Positions 37,727 through 48,465 of a DNA stretch of 64,000 bases are shown here, one piece after another; the first letter of the stretch is position 1, and every line of letters starts with the position of its first letter. This stretch comes from an uncultured Chloroflexia bacterium. Lineage in GTDB: Bacteria; Chloroflexota; Limnocylindria; QHBO01. The position numbers were made by a program, and so were the translations under genes. The notes beneath the pieces are model-generated. The model was not told the DNA's origin and searched no databases. It was given only the letters and a program-made list of their open reading frames with translations. The DNA lies in the NCBI GenBank assembly GCA_963825525.1, contig CAWGTN010000003.1, positions 96,001 to 160,000 of the forward strand, written 5' to 3'.

Positions 37727-39268
37727 TCAGGGAATGAGCCCGGAGGCCTCGTAGATGCGGTTGAGGACGTAGAGCCCATCGGTCTCCGGGTCGGTCAGGT
37801 TGGTCTGCGCCTGCTCCAGCATGATGTACGGGTGCATACGGGCCTGCGCCAGGTCCGTGCCGCGGAACGAGAGCTCGAGGGTCACGCCCTCCTGGGTCTG
37901 CTGGCTCCACTCCTGCCCGAACAGGAAGTTGCCGTGGCTCACCATGGTGACGCTGTAGCGGCCGTCCTCGAGCGGACCGATCTGGATCGGCCCGGACCAG
38001 TGGGTGCCGTGGCCGATCACGTGGTCGCAGCCCGCCTCGAAGAAGACCTGCTGCTGGCGGCGCATGTCGCCTCGGAACTCGGCGTGGTACTCCGCACCGC
38101 CCCACCACTGCGGGACGCAGAACACGAGGTCGGCACCGGCGGCGGCGCGCGCGACCGCCTCGGTCACGTTCTCGTCACGAAGCCACAGCACACCGGCCTG
38201 GCCTGGTGCCGCCTCGAGCGAGCCGGGCACCTCGTTGAAGGCCACGAACCCGAACGTCAGGCCATTGACCTCGACGAACGCGGGCTCGAGTGCCGCGTCC
38301 AGGTCTGCTCCGGCCCCGGTGGTCGGGATCCCCGCCGCCTCGAACTGGTCCAGGGTCTGGAGGAAGCCCGACGTTCCCCGGTCGAACAGGTGGTTTGCCG
38401 CCAGGGTCGCGACGTCGACGCCGTACGTGTCCCGGAGCCGCGGCAGCACCGCGGGGTCGATGCTGAACACCACGCCATCGTTGACGCTGAAGTCGTCGAC
38501 CACGGGGCACTCGAAGTCGTCGACCGTGACATCGGCACCGCTCACCAGCTCGGCCACCGCGCCATCGTTGCCGGTCCGCACGGCATCCACGATGTTGAAG
38601 CCGTTGCCGACGAAGCCCTCGGGGACCGGGTTCGGGTAGACCGCGGTGTACTGCGCCGTGCCGCCGCCGAAGATCCAGTCCCAGCCGCGGCCAAGGGTGA
38701 TCGCCGCATACGCCACGCCGCGGTCGGGACACGAGTCGCCGAGGCTCATGAGCGTGCGGATCTCGTCAGGGTCGTAGGGTTCGACGCCCACGGCCCGACC
38801 GGTGATCGGGTACGGCAAATCCCTGGCCGCGGCGCCGCCGAACAGGTCGGCACCCTCCACGGGAAGCACCTTCACGGTTGGCAGCACCAGGGACGGTGGC
38901 AGCAGCGCGAGCAGCGTCGGGTCGTCTGTCAGCCGTTGGATGAGCTGCGGAACCCCGAGGCAATCGCCTCCACCGGTGATCTCGCGGTCGAGGTAGGCCG
39001 TGACCTCGCACGGGGTCATGATCGTGTCGGCGGCCTCCACCTCGGCCACGGTGATGGTTGCCTTGGGGTTCGTGTAGCCGGTGACCACCGCCAGCGGGAC
39101 CTCCACCTCGGGGATCGGAGTCGGCGTGGGTTCGGGCGTCGCCTCTGGAGTCGGCGCGGCGCTGGCGGGCGCCGTGGACGGGGAAGCCGTCGACGGGCTC
39201 GAGGTTGCGTCGGCGCTGCAGGCCACCAGGCCGATGACGAGGGCAAGCGCCGAGATCAGGGTGCGCAT
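37727..39268 (-). CDS. CapA-family (metallophosphatase-like) lipoprotein
   Basis: LVAC lipobox, P/T linker, [27 protein letters not shown]. Confidence 0.82.
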   Translation of the reverse strand: MRTLISALALVIGLVACSADATSSPSTASPSTAPASAAPTPEATPEPTPTPIPEVEVPLAVVTGYTNPKATITVAEVEAADTIMTPCEVTAYLDREITGGGDCLGVPQLIQRLTDDPTLLALLPPSLVLPTVKVLPVEGADLFGGAAARDLPYPITGRAVGVEPYDPDEIRTLMSLGDSCPDRGVAYAAITLGRGWDWIFGGGTAQYTAVYPNPVPEGFVGNGFNIVDAVRTGNDGAVAELVSGADVTVDDFECPVVDDFSVNDGVVFSIDPAVLPRLRDTYGVDVATLAANHLFDRGTSGFLQTLDQFEAAGIPTTGAGADLDAALEPAFVEVNGLTFGFVAFNEVPGSLEAAPGQAGVLWLRDENVTEAVARAAAGADLVFCVPQWWGGAEYHAEFRGDMRRQQQVFFEAGCDHVIGHGTHWSGPIQIGPLEDGRYSVTMVSHGNFLFGQEWSQQTQEGVTLELSFRGTDLAQARMHPYIMLEQAQTNLTDPETDGLYVLNRIYEASGLIP

Positions 39269-39305
39269 CGGCGTGGATGGTAGCGGCTCGCGGTACCATC
39301 AGTCG

Positions 39306-40412
39306 GTGGAACCCCTTCAGCCGTCACTCGACCTCGATACGATCCGGCGCGCCCCGAAGGTGCTCCTCCACGACCACCTGGACGGCGGCCTGCGGCCGCG
39401 GACGGTGCTCGAGCTGGCGGAGGAGGCGGGATACCGCGAACTGCCGACGACCGATCCGGACGAACTCGCCGCCTGGTTCACGCGCGGGGCCGATCGGAAG
39501 TCGCTCGAGCTGTACCTGGAGGGCTTTCGCCATACGGTTGCGGTGATGCAGACGCGGGATGCGATCGAGCGGGTGGCGGCAGAGTGCAGCCAGGATCTCG
39601 CCGCGGACGGCATCGTCTATGCCGAGGTCCGCATGGCACCCGAACTCCTCACCGACGGCGGGCTGACGCTGGACGAGGCGGTCACCGCCATCCTCGATGG
39701 GTTGCGGCGAGGCGCCGAAGGGACAGCGCTCACCGTCGGCCTCATTGTCACGGCCATGCGCCAGGCGGCCAAATCGGTCCAGATCGCGGAGCTTGCCGTC
39801 CGACACCGGGATGCGGGCGCCGTTGGCTTCGACATCGCCGGCCCGGAGGCGGGCTATCCGCCCACCCGCCACCTGGACGCCTTCAACCACGTCGCGCACG
39901 AGAACTTCCACCTGACGATCCACGCCGGCGAGGGGTTCGGCCTGCCCTCGATCGGGGAGGCCCTCCAGTGGTGCGGCGCCGAGCGCCTCGGCCACGGCGT
40001 GCGGATCGTGGACGACATCACGCTCCGACCCGACGGCAGCGCCGAGCTGGGTCGACTGGCCAGCTACGTCCGCGACACGCGGGTGCCGCTCGAGATGTGC
40101 CCGACATCGAACGTCCACACCGGCGCGACACCGAGCCTGGAAGAGCATCCGATCGACCTGCTTCGCCGGCTGCGGTTCCGGGTCACGGTGAACACCGACA
40201 ATCGCCTCATGAGCGGGATCTCCCTCAGCAGCGAATTCGCCGCGCTGCAGCGCGCATTCGGCATCGACCTGGCGGACATGGAGTGGCTCACGCTGAACGC
40301 CATGAAGTCGGCGTTCTGGCCATTCGACGGTCGGCTGAAGATCATCAACGAGCAGATCAAGCCTGGGTTCGCGGCGCTCCGAGCCTCCGCCGCGGCCGAC
40401 GGGGACGCGTAG
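39306..40412 (+). CDS. add: Adenosine deaminase
   Basis: [32 protein letters not shown]. Confidence 0.95.
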   Translation: MEPLQPSLDLDTIRRAPKVLLHDHLDGGLRPRTVLELAEEAGYRELPTTDPDELAAWFTRGADRKSLELYLEGFRHTVAVMQTRDAIERVAAECSQDLAADGIVYAEVRMAPELLTDGGLTLDEAVTAILDGLRRGAEGTALTVGLIVTAMRQAAKSVQIAELAVRHRDAGAVGFDIAGPEAGYPPTRHLDAFNHVAHENFHLTIHAGEGFGLPSIGEALQWCGAERLGHGVRIVDDITLRPDGSAELGRLASYVRDTRVPLEMCPTSNVHTGATPSLEEHPIDLLRRLRFRVTVNTDNRLMSGISLSSEFAALQRAFGIDLADMEWLTLNAMKSAFWPFDGRLKIINEQIKPGFAALRASAAADGDA

Positions 40413-40421
40413 CCGCGGGCG

Positions 40422-41312
40422 TCAGCGCGCGCTGACCGTCGGCTCGAGGAAGTCGGCAACCTCGCGCTCCAGCACGGCCGCCTCCGACTCCGAGAGTCCC
40501 CGCAGCGGCGCCCGCATGCCGGGAGTCACCGCCACGCCCCGCATGCCCAGCACCCGCTTGGCTGCCGCGACGAACTGGCCGCTCGCCTCCATGGCGGTGC
40601 GCAGGGTGCGCAGCCGACCCATGGCCGGCTCGTCGCCGGCGTCGAGGGCGGCGCGCACGATATCCGGGAATGCCGCCGACATGCCCGACACGGTGCCGAT
40701 CGCGCCTCGCTCGAGGCCTGCCGCGATGAGCGGCTCGTTGCCGATGAGGACGGGGAGTCCGAGCTCCAGGTAGGGGGCGACGCGCTCGAACGGAGATTCG
40801 CTGACCTTGAGCCCGGCAAGGTTGTCGGCCGCCTCACCGATGCGCCTGATGACATCGACCGGCAGCGGATATCCCGAGCGTGCGGTGAACGCGTAGCAGA
40901 AGAAGGGCAGCGGGGCGCAGGCGCGTGCCGCGGCGACGAAATGCGCGGTGAGCGCGTCGTCGTCGAGTGCGAAGTAGGGCGGGGGAATGACGGCCACCGC
41001 ATCGGCGCCGATCTCGGCCGCGTGGCGCGCGAGGGCGACGGTATCGGCCGTCGACTGTGCGCCGGCATGGACCACGAGCACTCCGTGCAGCGCCTCGCGG
41101 AACGCGGTGGCCGCGCGCTGGCGCTCATCGATGGTGAGGAGGACGCCCTCCCCGGTCGTGCCGCAGGCGAAGACCCCGTCGGCACCGTGGCGCTCGAGGA
41201 ACGACACGTACGGGCCGATGGCCTCGACATCGAGGGAGGCGCCGTCGTTCGTCAATGGGGTGACGGCGGCGACGATGAGGGGCCGATGGCCCAGGTCGGT
41301 GAGATTCATCAC
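40422..41312 (-). CDS. DapA/NanA-family class I aldolase
   Basis: VTP, GTTGE, PPPYF, GLKVS. Confidence 0.88.
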   Translation of the reverse strand: MMNLTDLGHRPLIVAAVTPLTNDGASLDVEAIGPYVSFLERHGADGVFACGTTGEGVLLTIDERQRAATAFREALHGVLVVHAGAQSTADTVALARHAAEIGADAVAVIPPPYFALDDDALTAHFVAAARACAPLPFFCYAFTARSGYPLPVDVIRRIGEAADNLAGLKVSESPFERVAPYLELGLPVLIGNEPLIAAGLERGAIGTVSGMSAAFPDIVRAALDAGDEPAMGRLRTLRTAMEASGQFVAAAKRVLGMRGVAVTPGMRAPLRGLSESEAAVLEREVADFLEPTVSAR

Positions 41313-41432
41313 GCGGCCCATGCTAGACGGCCGTCCTGGGTCTCGCACCTGCGGGCTCCGCACGCTCGCATCGGTGTAGACTCAGAATTCAGACCACCCA
41401 CACAGCCCTTTCACGAAGGCATCGTTCGCACC

Positions 41433-41675
41433 ATGACCTATGTCATCACGGAACCTTGCATCGGCACCAAGGACGCGAGCTGCGTCGACGTGTGTCCGGT
41501 CGACTGCATTCATGCCACCGACGACGATCCGCAGTTCTATATCGACCCCGATGAGTGCATCGACTGCGGCGCCTGTGAGCCGGAGTGCCCGGTGACCGCG
41601 ATTTTCGCCGAGGACGCCGTGCCGGATGGCCAGATGCAGTACATCCAGATCAACGCCGACTACTTCAAGAAGTAG
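41433..41675 (+). CDS. 7Fe-type ferredoxin
   Basis: MTYVITEPC...CVDVCPVDCI...CIDCGACEPECP. Confidence 0.95.
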   Translation: MTYVITEPCIGTKDASCVDVCPVDCIHATDDDPQFYIDPDECIDCGACEPECPVTAIFAEDAVPDGQMQYIQINADYFKK

Positions 41676-41678
41676 TCG

Positions 41679-41987
41679 ATGCCGCGTCTCGTTGTCCTGT
41701 ACAAGCAACCGTCCGATGTCGAAGCGTTCGACGCGCATTACCGCGACGTTCACACGCCCATCGTCAGCCGCTACCCGAACCTGCGCGACATGCGGCTCTC
41801 CAAGCTGAGCGGTGTCGGGGGCAGGGACTCCGAGTTCTTCCTGATGGCCGAGATGATGTTCGACTCGGCCGCGGACCTGGACGAAGCGCTCATGTCGCCC
41901 GCCGGCGCCGAGAGCGCGAAGGACCTCCGTAACTTTGCCGGCGCCGGCGTCACGATGTTCATCGCTCCCGACGAGGCCGATGCCTGA
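41679..41987 (+). CDS. EthD family protein
   Basis: LYKQP.D...FDAHY..VHTP, DLRNF. Confidence 0.88.
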   Translation: MPRLVVLYKQPSDVEAFDAHYRDVHTPIVSRYPNLRDMRLSKLSGVGGRDSEFFLMAEMMFDSAADLDEALMSPAGAESAKDLRNFAGAGVTMFIAPDEADA

Positions 41988-42936
41988 GCCCGGTTCGCCC
42001 GTCCCATCCGACCCGGCCGCTCTCGGCTACGAGCGGATTCGCTACGAGCGCGACGCCGATGCCGGCGTGGCGACCGTCACCGTCAACCGCCCCGACGTCC
42101 TCAACGCGCTGGATCTGCCGACGCTGAAGGAGCTCTCGCACGCCTTCGAGCAGGCCTCGTGGGACGATGCGGTGGCCGTGGTGGTCGTGACCGGCGCCGG
42201 AGACCGAGCGTTCTGTACCGGGGCCGATCTCGACGAGCAGGCGCTCATGGGATCGACCAGTGGCCAGTACTGGCGCTGGATGGGTGCGTTCATCGAGATG
42301 CACGACAAGCTGCGCCACATCGGCAAGCCGACGATCGCGCGTGTCAATGGCGTTGCCGTCGGCGGCGGCAACGAGCTCCAGATGGCGTGCGACCTGTCGA
42401 TCATCGTTGACGACGCCTATATCCGGCACGTGGGTCCCGAGCACGGCTCGGTGCCGGCCGGTGGTGCGACCCAGTGGCTGCCGATCATGGTCGGTGACCG
42501 GCGCGCGCGGGAGATCATCATGCTGTGCGAGCCGATCGCCCCGCAGCAGGCCCTGGACTGGGGACTGGTGACGCGGGTGGTGCCGCGCGCCGAGCTCGAT
42601 GCGGCGGTGGCGGACATGGCAGCCAAGCTGGCCCGCAAGCTGCCGGAGGCAATGCGATACACGAAGACGCATCTGAACTGGTGGCGCGACCTGGTGTGGT
42701 CCCAGACCATCGAGCACGCCCGGGACTGGCTGGCCGTCCACTCGGTCGCCGACGAGACGAAGGAGGCCGTCACCGCCTTCCACCAGAAGCGGAAGCCGCG
42801 CTTCGCCGAGCTGCGCAAGGTCGAGGCAGGGGACGGGCGCGTCTGTCCGTCCTGCGGTGCGACCGGGCTGCCTGCGGCGCACCGCTTCTGCGGGGTGTGT
42901 GCCGCGGAGCTGCCTGACGTCTGGAGCCTCGAATGA
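41980..42936 (+). CDS. Crotonase, Oah/BamA-like ring-opening hydrolase with C-terminal zinc ribbon
   Basis: AFCTGAD, GGGNE, GPEHGSVPAGGATQWLP, ARDWLA; tail CPSCG...FCGVC. Confidence 0.8.
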   Translation: MPEPGSPVPSDPAALGYERIRYERDADAGVATVTVNRPDVLNALDLPTLKELSHAFEQASWDDAVAVVVVTGAGDRAFCTGADLDEQALMGSTSGQYWRWMGAFIEMHDKLRHIGKPTIARVNGVAVGGGNELQMACDLSIIVDDAYIRHVGPEHGSVPAGGATQWLPIMVGDRRAREIIMLCEPIAPQQALDWGLVTRVVPRAELDAAVADMAAKLARKLPEAMRYTKTHLNWWRDLVWSQTIEHARDWLAVHSVADETKEAVTAFHQKRKPRFAELRKVEAGDGRVCPSCGATGLPAAHRFCGVCAAELPDVWSLE

Positions 42937-43715
42937 GCGACGAGGAACTCGTCCTCGTTGAGCGGCAGGCGGAGCAGCGCACGGCGCTGGTGCGCCTCAA
43001 CCGCCCCAAGCAGCTCAATGCGCTCAACGGGCAGGTCATGGATGCCCTGTGCGCCGCGCTCGAGGAGCTGGACCGCGATGATTCGATCCGCGCGATCGTG
43101 GTGACCGGCAACGAACGGGCATTTGCGGCCGGTGCCGACATCGGCGAGATGGCGAACGCGACACCGGTCGAGATGCTCATCACGAACCGCATCGGGCAAT
43201 GGGATCGCATTCGCCGCATCACGAAGCCGGTCATCGCCGCCGTGAACGGATGGGCCCTCGGTGGAGGCTGCGAGCTGGCGATGACCCTCGACCTCATCGT
43301 GGCGGGCGAGGGCGCGAAGTTCGGTCAGCCCGAGATCGGCATCGGCGTCATCCCGGGGGCGGGCGGAACGCAGCGGCTGACGCGCGCCGTCGGCAAGAGC
43401 AAGGCGATGGAGATGGTGCTGACCGGTGAGCCGATCACCGCGCGGGAAGCCCTGGATGCCGGCCTCGTGGCTCGGGTGACCCAGGACGAGGTCGTGGTCG
43501 ATGACGCGCTGGCCCTGGCCGCCAGGATGGCCACCAAGGCGCCGATCGCGTTGCGGCTGGCCAAGGAGGCGGTGAACGCCGCCTACGAGATGAGCCTGAC
43601 CGATGCACTGGCCCATGAACGCCGCCTCTTCTACCTCCTGTTCGCGACCGACGACCAGAAGGAGGGGATGGCTGCCTTTCTCGAGAAGCGGGAGCCGGAT
43701 TTCCGCGGCCGATGA
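42933..43715 (+). CDS. paaF: Enoyl-CoA hydratase (PaaF-like)
   Basis: FAAGADI, GGGCELA, FGQPEI..G.IPGAGGTQRL. Confidence 0.82.
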   Translation: MSDEELVLVERQAEQRTALVRLNRPKQLNALNGQVMDALCAALEELDRDDSIRAIVVTGNERAFAAGADIGEMANATPVEMLITNRIGQWDRIRRITKPVIAAVNGWALGGGCELAMTLDLIVAGEGAKFGQPEIGIGVIPGAGGTQRLTRAVGKSKAMEMVLTGEPITAREALDAGLVARVTQDEVVVDDALALAARMATKAPIALRLAKEAVNAAYEMSLTDALAHERRLFYLLFATDDQKEGMAAFLEKREPDFRGR

Positions 43716-44671
43716 ACCTCGGCAATCCTGACCAGCCGGTGGGCGGGCTGGCCGTTCCTCGCCCCCCCGGCGTCGAGATCCGTCCCCTGGCGCGCGAGGA
43801 CCTGGCCGCGGCACTGACCCTCGTCCGCGAGCTTCATGACCTTCCCGATGGGGATCCCGAGCTCTTCCGCGAGCGGTATGACGCGTTCGTCAATGACGTG
43901 GACGCGGCGCCGTTCCTCGCCGTCGTGGATGGCGTCGCGGCCGGGCTGATCGGGTTCGCATTTCGGCGCCGGCTCAACCACGCGACCTTCGAGGGCTGGG
44001 TGGGCGACCTGGTCGTCTCGGCGTCGTTTCGGGGGCGCGGGATCGGACGGGCCCTGCTCGCCTCGGCGCTCGCCGAGTGGCGCCTGCGTGGCGGGCACCA
44101 GGTGATGCTCGAGGTTGGACACGACCGAACGGTGGCACGCGGGCTGTACGAGGCCGTCGGCTTCGCGGACCAGGGGAAGTACTTCGAGATCGGCCCGGTC
44201 CGGACTCGCGCCATCGAGCCGGGCAAGGGCGTCGAGCTTCGGCCGATCGTGGACGACGACGCCGACTTTGACGCCGTCACGCGCCTGCTGGCCGAGCTCG
44301 GCCGGCCGGCGCCGGCGGAGGATCGGCTGCCGGCCCTGCGTCGCACGTATGCGTCCCACGTCGGCCGCCAGGACACGGGATCGCTGCTCGCCACGCTCGA
44401 CGGCGAACCGGTCGGTTTCGTGAGCCTCGAGATGCGTCACCCGTTCTTCACGACCGCGCCGCAGGCCTGGATTCCGGACCTCATCGTCACCGAGCGGGCT
44501 CGCGGCAACGACATCGGCGCGGCCCTGCTGGACGCGGCCTTCGCTGAGTCAATTCGCCGCGGAGCGTACGCGGCCGCCCTCGAATCCGGCCATCAGCGTG
44601 CCGTTGCGCACCGCCTGTACACGACGGCCGGCATGTCCGACGTGGGGAGCTTCTTCACCCTCCGTCGTTGA
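43712..44671 (+). CDS. Tandem-domain GNAT acetyltransferase
   Basis: Two motif-A copies: LVV...RGRGIGRAL and LIV...RGNDIGAAL. Confidence 0.88.
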   Translation: MNLGNPDQPVGGLAVPRPPGVEIRPLAREDLAAALTLVRELHDLPDGDPELFRERYDAFVNDVDAAPFLAVVDGVAAGLIGFAFRRRLNHATFEGWVGDLVVSASFRGRGIGRALLASALAEWRLRGGHQVMLEVGHDRTVARGLYEAVGFADQGKYFEIGPVRTRAIEPGKGVELRPIVDDDADFDAVTRLLAELGRPAPAEDRLPALRRTYASHVGRQDTGSLLATLDGEPVGFVSLEMRHPFFTTAPQAWIPDLIVTERARGNDIGAALLDAAFAESIRRGAYAAALESGHQRAVAHRLYTTAGMSDVGSFFTLRR

Positions 44672-44748
44672 CGGTACGCATCCTGCAATGCTCGTCGTGT
44701 CGAGCGCTTGCTCGCAGGATTGATAGACACCGCATACGGAGGCAAACC

Positions 44749-45018
44749 GTGGGCATTCTTTCTTGGTTGATCGTGGGGGCAATCGCTGGCTGGGTGGCCA
44801 GCAAGATCATGCCGGGTGACGAGGGGTACGGCGTTCTCGGCGGGCTCATCGCCGGAATCGTCGGCGCCATGGTCGGCGGCTTCATCTTCGGCCAGCTGAC
44901 CGGCGAAGACTGGATCAACGGCGTCACCATCGGCACGATCCTGGCGGCCATCGTGGGCGCCCTCGTGGTCGTCTTCGTGTGGAACATGATCACCGGGCGC
45001 AACCGCACGGCCACCTGA
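44749..45018 (+). CDS. GlsB/YeaQ/YmgE (transglycosylase-associated) membrane protein
   Basis: GGAGG RBS; SWLIVGAIAGWVASKIM...GIVGAMVGG. Confidence 0.9.
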   Translation: MGILSWLIVGAIAGWVASKIMPGDEGYGVLGGLIAGIVGAMVGGFIFGQLTGEDWINGVTIGTILAAIVGALVVVFVWNMITGRNRTAT

Positions 45019-45044
45019 GCCCGGCTTCAGCCCCCGACACACCT

Positions 45045-45074
45045 GGACGCCCGGCACACGAGTGCCGGGCGTCC
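45045..45074 (+). terminator. Stem-loop after the GlsB-family gene
   Basis: GGACGCCCGGCAC-acga-GTGCCGGGCGTCC, perfect 13-bp stem. Confidence 0.65.
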
Positions 45075-45101
45075 GCATGCACGCCGGTACAATCGGGCGC
45101 G

Positions 45102-45887
45102 ATGCCTGACTCGACTCCCCAGACCATCGCGATCTCCACCGAATCGCACGTCACCACGATCACGCTCGACCGACCCGACGCTCTCAACGCCCTCAATGCG
45201 GCGATGAGGGGCGAGCTGCTCGTGGCCCTGAAGCAGGCCGCCCGCGACGACGCGGTCCGCGCGGTCGTGATCACCGGCGCCGGACGCGGGTTCTGCAGCG
45301 GCGCGGATCTTCGCGGTGGTTCGAGCGAACGCGAGTTCCGCCGCGTCCTCAGCACGGAATATCACCCACTGGTCGAGCTCATTCGCTCGATGCCCAAGCC
45401 CATCGTGGCCGCCGTCAACGGGGTGGCTGCCGGTGCCGGCGTGAGCCTCGCCTTCGCCTGTGATCTCGTGATCGCCTCGGCCGATGCCCGCTTCGTGCCG
45501 GCATTCCATCGGATCGCGCTGGTTCCGGACTCCGGCCTCACGCGCACCCTCGTCCGCGCCCTGGGCCGCCACCGGGCGTTCGAGGTGCTCCTCGGGGAGC
45601 GGACGCTCGGTGCCGAGGAGGCGCACGCCGTTGGCCTGGTTGCCGCGGTCGTCCCCGCCGATCAGCTGGCCGATGCGACCCGGGCCCTTGCCGATCGGCT
45701 GGCAGCCGGGCCGACGTCCGCGATCGGGATGACGAAGCGGCTCATCAACGCGGCCGAGCAGGACTCCCTGGCCGACAGCCTGGCCGCCGAGGCGGCGCTG
45801 CAGGACGTCGCCGGGCGGGGAGCGGACCACGCCGAAGGGGTGGCCGCATTCGCGGAGAAGCGCGACCCGAAGTTCGGCGGCCGATGA
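45102..45887 (+). CDS. paaG: Enoyl-CoA isomerase (PaaG-like)
   Basis: GFCSGADL, AVNGVAAGAG, LVPDSG, DHAEGV. Confidence 0.8.
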   Translation: MPDSTPQTIAISTESHVTTITLDRPDALNALNAAMRGELLVALKQAARDDAVRAVVITGAGRGFCSGADLRGGSSEREFRRVLSTEYHPLVELIRSMPKPIVAAVNGVAAGAGVSLAFACDLVIASADARFVPAFHRIALVPDSGLTRTLVRALGRHRAFEVLLGERTLGAEEAHAVGLVAAVVPADQLADATRALADRLAAGPTSAIGMTKRLINAAEQDSLADSLAAEAALQDVAGRGADHAEGVAAFAEKRDPKFGGR

Positions 45888-47095
45888 ACGAGGTGCGCAC
45901 GCTCGGCGTGCTCGGCGCCGGGACGATGGGCGCGGGGATCGCGCAGGTCGCGATCGAAGCGGGTCTCGATGTCCTGCTCCATGATCCGGTCGCCGGGGCG
46001 ACCGAGCGTGCCCGCGAACGGATCGGCGGCTTCCTGGCCCGCAAGGTCGAGAAGGGACAGCTCTCGGACGCTGACCGGGCTGCCGCCGTCGAGCGCATCG
46101 GCTTCTCGACGCTGCTCGAAGGGCTTGCCGCCGCCGATGTCGTGATCGAGGCGATCCCGGAGATCCTCGAGCTCAAGCAGGATGCCTTTCGGCGGCTCGA
46201 CGGGGCGGCGCCACCGTCCACGATCCTCGCCACGAACACCAGCTCGCTGCCGGTCGCCCGCATTGCGAGCGCGACATCCCGCCCCGGGCGCGTCGTCGGC
46301 ATGCACTTCTTCAACCCGGTTCCGCTCATGGCCCTGGTGGAGGTCATCCCCGGGCCGATGACCGACGAGGCGGTGGTCAACGACGTCACCCTGCTGGCGC
46401 GCCTGCTCGGGAAGACGCCGGTGACCTCGGTCGATGCCCCGGGTTTCATCGTCAACCGGGTGCAGCGGGCGTACTACCTCGAGGCCTGCCGCATCCTCGA
46501 GGCGGGGCTGGCCGGGGTCGCCGAGATCGACGAGGCGATGCGCGGCATCGGGTTCCGGCTCGGCCCGTTCGAGCTGGCCGACATGGTGGGCACCGATGTG
46601 AGCCTGGCGGCCGGCGTCGCCATCTTCGAGGGCTTCTTCGAGGAGCCGCGCTTCCGCCCATCGCTCCTCCAGCGGAGGGTGGCGGACGCCGGTCGACTGG
46701 GGCGCAAGACCGGCGCGGGCTACTACGACTACGGAGCCGATGGTGCCCGAACGGCGCCGTGGGATGGGCTCACGTCACGGGCCCCCGGCTCGCCGGCAAT
46801 CGCCCAGCTGGATGCCGCCCAGGTCGAGGCCCGCATCCTCGCCGCCATCGTGAACGAGGCTGCGTCAGCGGTGGCCGATGGCGTCGCCTCGCCCGAAGCG
46901 GTCGACACCGCCATGCGCCTGGCAACGAACTGGCCGGACGGCCCGCTGGTCTGGGGCGAGCGGATCGGGCTGGCGTCGGTCGTCAACACGCTCGATGCGC
47001 TTCATGCATCGGTGCCCGATGGCCGCTACCGCGTGACGCCGCTGCTGCGGGCCTTGGCGGATGCGCGCGGCTCGTTCTTCCCGGCACGAGGCTAG
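45884..47095 (+). CDS. paaH: 3-hydroxyacyl-CoA dehydrogenase (PaaH-like)
   Basis: GAGTMGAGIA, TNTSS, GMHFFNP, PGFIVNR, duplicated C-terminal domain. Confidence 0.85.
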   Translation: MNEVRTLGVLGAGTMGAGIAQVAIEAGLDVLLHDPVAGATERARERIGGFLARKVEKGQLSDADRAAAVERIGFSTLLEGLAAADVVIEAIPEILELKQDAFRRLDGAAPPSTILATNTSSLPVARIASATSRPGRVVGMHFFNPVPLMALVEVIPGPMTDEAVVNDVTLLARLLGKTPVTSVDAPGFIVNRVQRAYYLEACRILEAGLAGVAEIDEAMRGIGFRLGPFELADMVGTDVSLAAGVAIFEGFFEEPRFRPSLLQRRVADAGRLGRKTGAGYYDYGADGARTAPWDGLTSRAPGSPAIAQLDAAQVEARILAAIVNEAASAVADGVASPEAVDTAMRLATNWPDGPLVWGERIGLASVVNTLDALHASVPDGRYRVTPLLRALADARGSFFPARG

Positions 47096-47099
47096 GCGG

Positions 47100-47750
47100 A
47101 TGCCGTTGTCCGGCCGCTACCGGGCGGTGATCTTCGACATGGACGGCCTGCTGCTCGACACCGAGACGTTGTGGCACGCGGCCGAGGTCGAGCTGTTCGC
47201 CCGGCATGGCGACACATTCACATGGGACGACAAGCTGGCCGTCATCGGGACCAACCGAGCGATCACCGCCGAATACTTCCGATCACGGCTGGGCGGCACG
47301 CCCGAGCGTGGGCTCGAGCTGGTGGACGAGATGATCGAGCTCATGCACGTACGCGTGCAGGAGGCGGTCGAGGCGCGGCCGGGAGCGATCGAGCTCATGA
47401 GCCGGCTGCGCGAGCTCGACGGCATGCGGATCGGGCTCGCATCCAACTCGCCGCGCTTCCTCGTCGACGCGGCGCTCGAGAGCGCCGGCATGACCGACGC
47501 CTTCGACGTCATCGTGACCTCCGACGACGTGGAGCACGCCAAGCCGGAGCCCGACATCTACCTGCTGGCCTGTCAGCGGCTGGGGGTCGATCCCGCGGAG
47601 GCTGTGGCGCTCGAGGACTCCGCATCCGGCGTTCAGGCGGCCAAGGCTGCCGGGCTCACCTGCATCGGCGTTCCGCAGTTCGCCGAATCCGATGTCTCCG
47701 CCGCCGATCGGGTCATCGGCTCACTCGAGGATCTCCTCGTCACGGCGTAG
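47100..47750 (+). CDS. HAD family phosphatase
   Basis: FDMDGLLLDTE, KPEPDIY, EDS..G. Confidence 0.92.
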   Translation: MPLSGRYRAVIFDMDGLLLDTETLWHAAEVELFARHGDTFTWDDKLAVIGTNRAITAEYFRSRLGGTPERGLELVDEMIELMHVRVQEAVEARPGAIELMSRLRELDGMRIGLASNSPRFLVDAALESAGMTDAFDVIVTSDDVEHAKPEPDIYLLACQRLGVDPAEAVALEDSASGVQAAKAAGLTCIGVPQFAESDVSAADRVIGSLEDLLVTA

Positions 47751-47759
47751 ACTTGCCGC

Positions 47760-47984
47760 ATGTGTCGAAGCATCAAGACTCTCAGGAACGGCGCGATCCC
47801 GGCCGGCGACGACGAGATCGCTGCCGCCGCGCTCCAATACGTGCGCAAGGTGAGCGGGTACCGGACCCCGTCGGTGGCCAACCAGGAGGCGTTCGCCGAG
47901 GCCGTCGTCGCGGTGGCCGCCGCCTCCAAGGAGCTGCTGGCGGCCGTGGCCACCACGCATCCGCAGGCGAGACGGACCGCCTGA
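47760..47984 (+). CDS. DUF2277-like small protein
   Basis: MCRSIKTL...EIAAAALQYVRKVSG. Confidence 0.85.
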   Translation: MCRSIKTLRNGAIPAGDDEIAAAALQYVRKVSGYRTPSVANQEAFAEAVVAVAAASKELLAAVATTHPQARRTA

Positions 47985-48002
47985 CCTCCGCCGGCCCAGC
48001 CG

Positions 48003-48464
48003 TTACCCGAAGGCTGCAATCCCGGCGTCGGCGGCGCGCTGGTCTTCGTCGGAGCTCCCGCCGCTGACGCCCACGGCGCCGACCAGAACTCCGCCGCGCT
48101 CGAGCGGCATGCCGCCGGCAAAGACGACCATGCGGCCCGCAGCCAGCGAATCGTAGCCGTAGAATTCGGCGCCCGGCTGAACGAGGGGGCCGAGATCGCG
48201 GGTCGGCATCCGATTGACCAGGGCGGAATACGCCTTGTCCCTGGCCAGGCCGATCCCGACCAGGTCGGCCCCGTCCATGCGGGCGAAGGCAACGAGCTGG
48301 TCGCCGCTGTCGATGACCGCAACGGACATCGCCACGCCGAGCTCGGCGGCGACTACTTCGACTGCGGCAATGACGCGGCGAGCGGCGGCGAGCGTCATGC
48401 CCGCCGCCTGCGACGCGGTCGGCGTCCGCCAGGCGTCGACGTTCCGCAGGTCCGAATCGGGCAT
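48003..48464 (-). CDS. GlcG/HbpS-family heme-binding protein
   Basis: AVIDSG..RMDGA, KAYSA, GGMPL, GAVGVSGG...D. Confidence 0.9.
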   Translation of the reverse strand: MPDSDLRNVDAWRTPTASQAAGMTLAAARRVIAAVEVVAAELGVAMSVAVIDSGDQLVAFARMDGADLVGIGLARDKAYSALVNRMPTRDLGPLVQPGAEFYGYDSLAAGRMVVFAGGMPLERGGVLVGAVGVSGGSSDEDQRAADAGIAAFG

Positions 48465-48465
48465 G

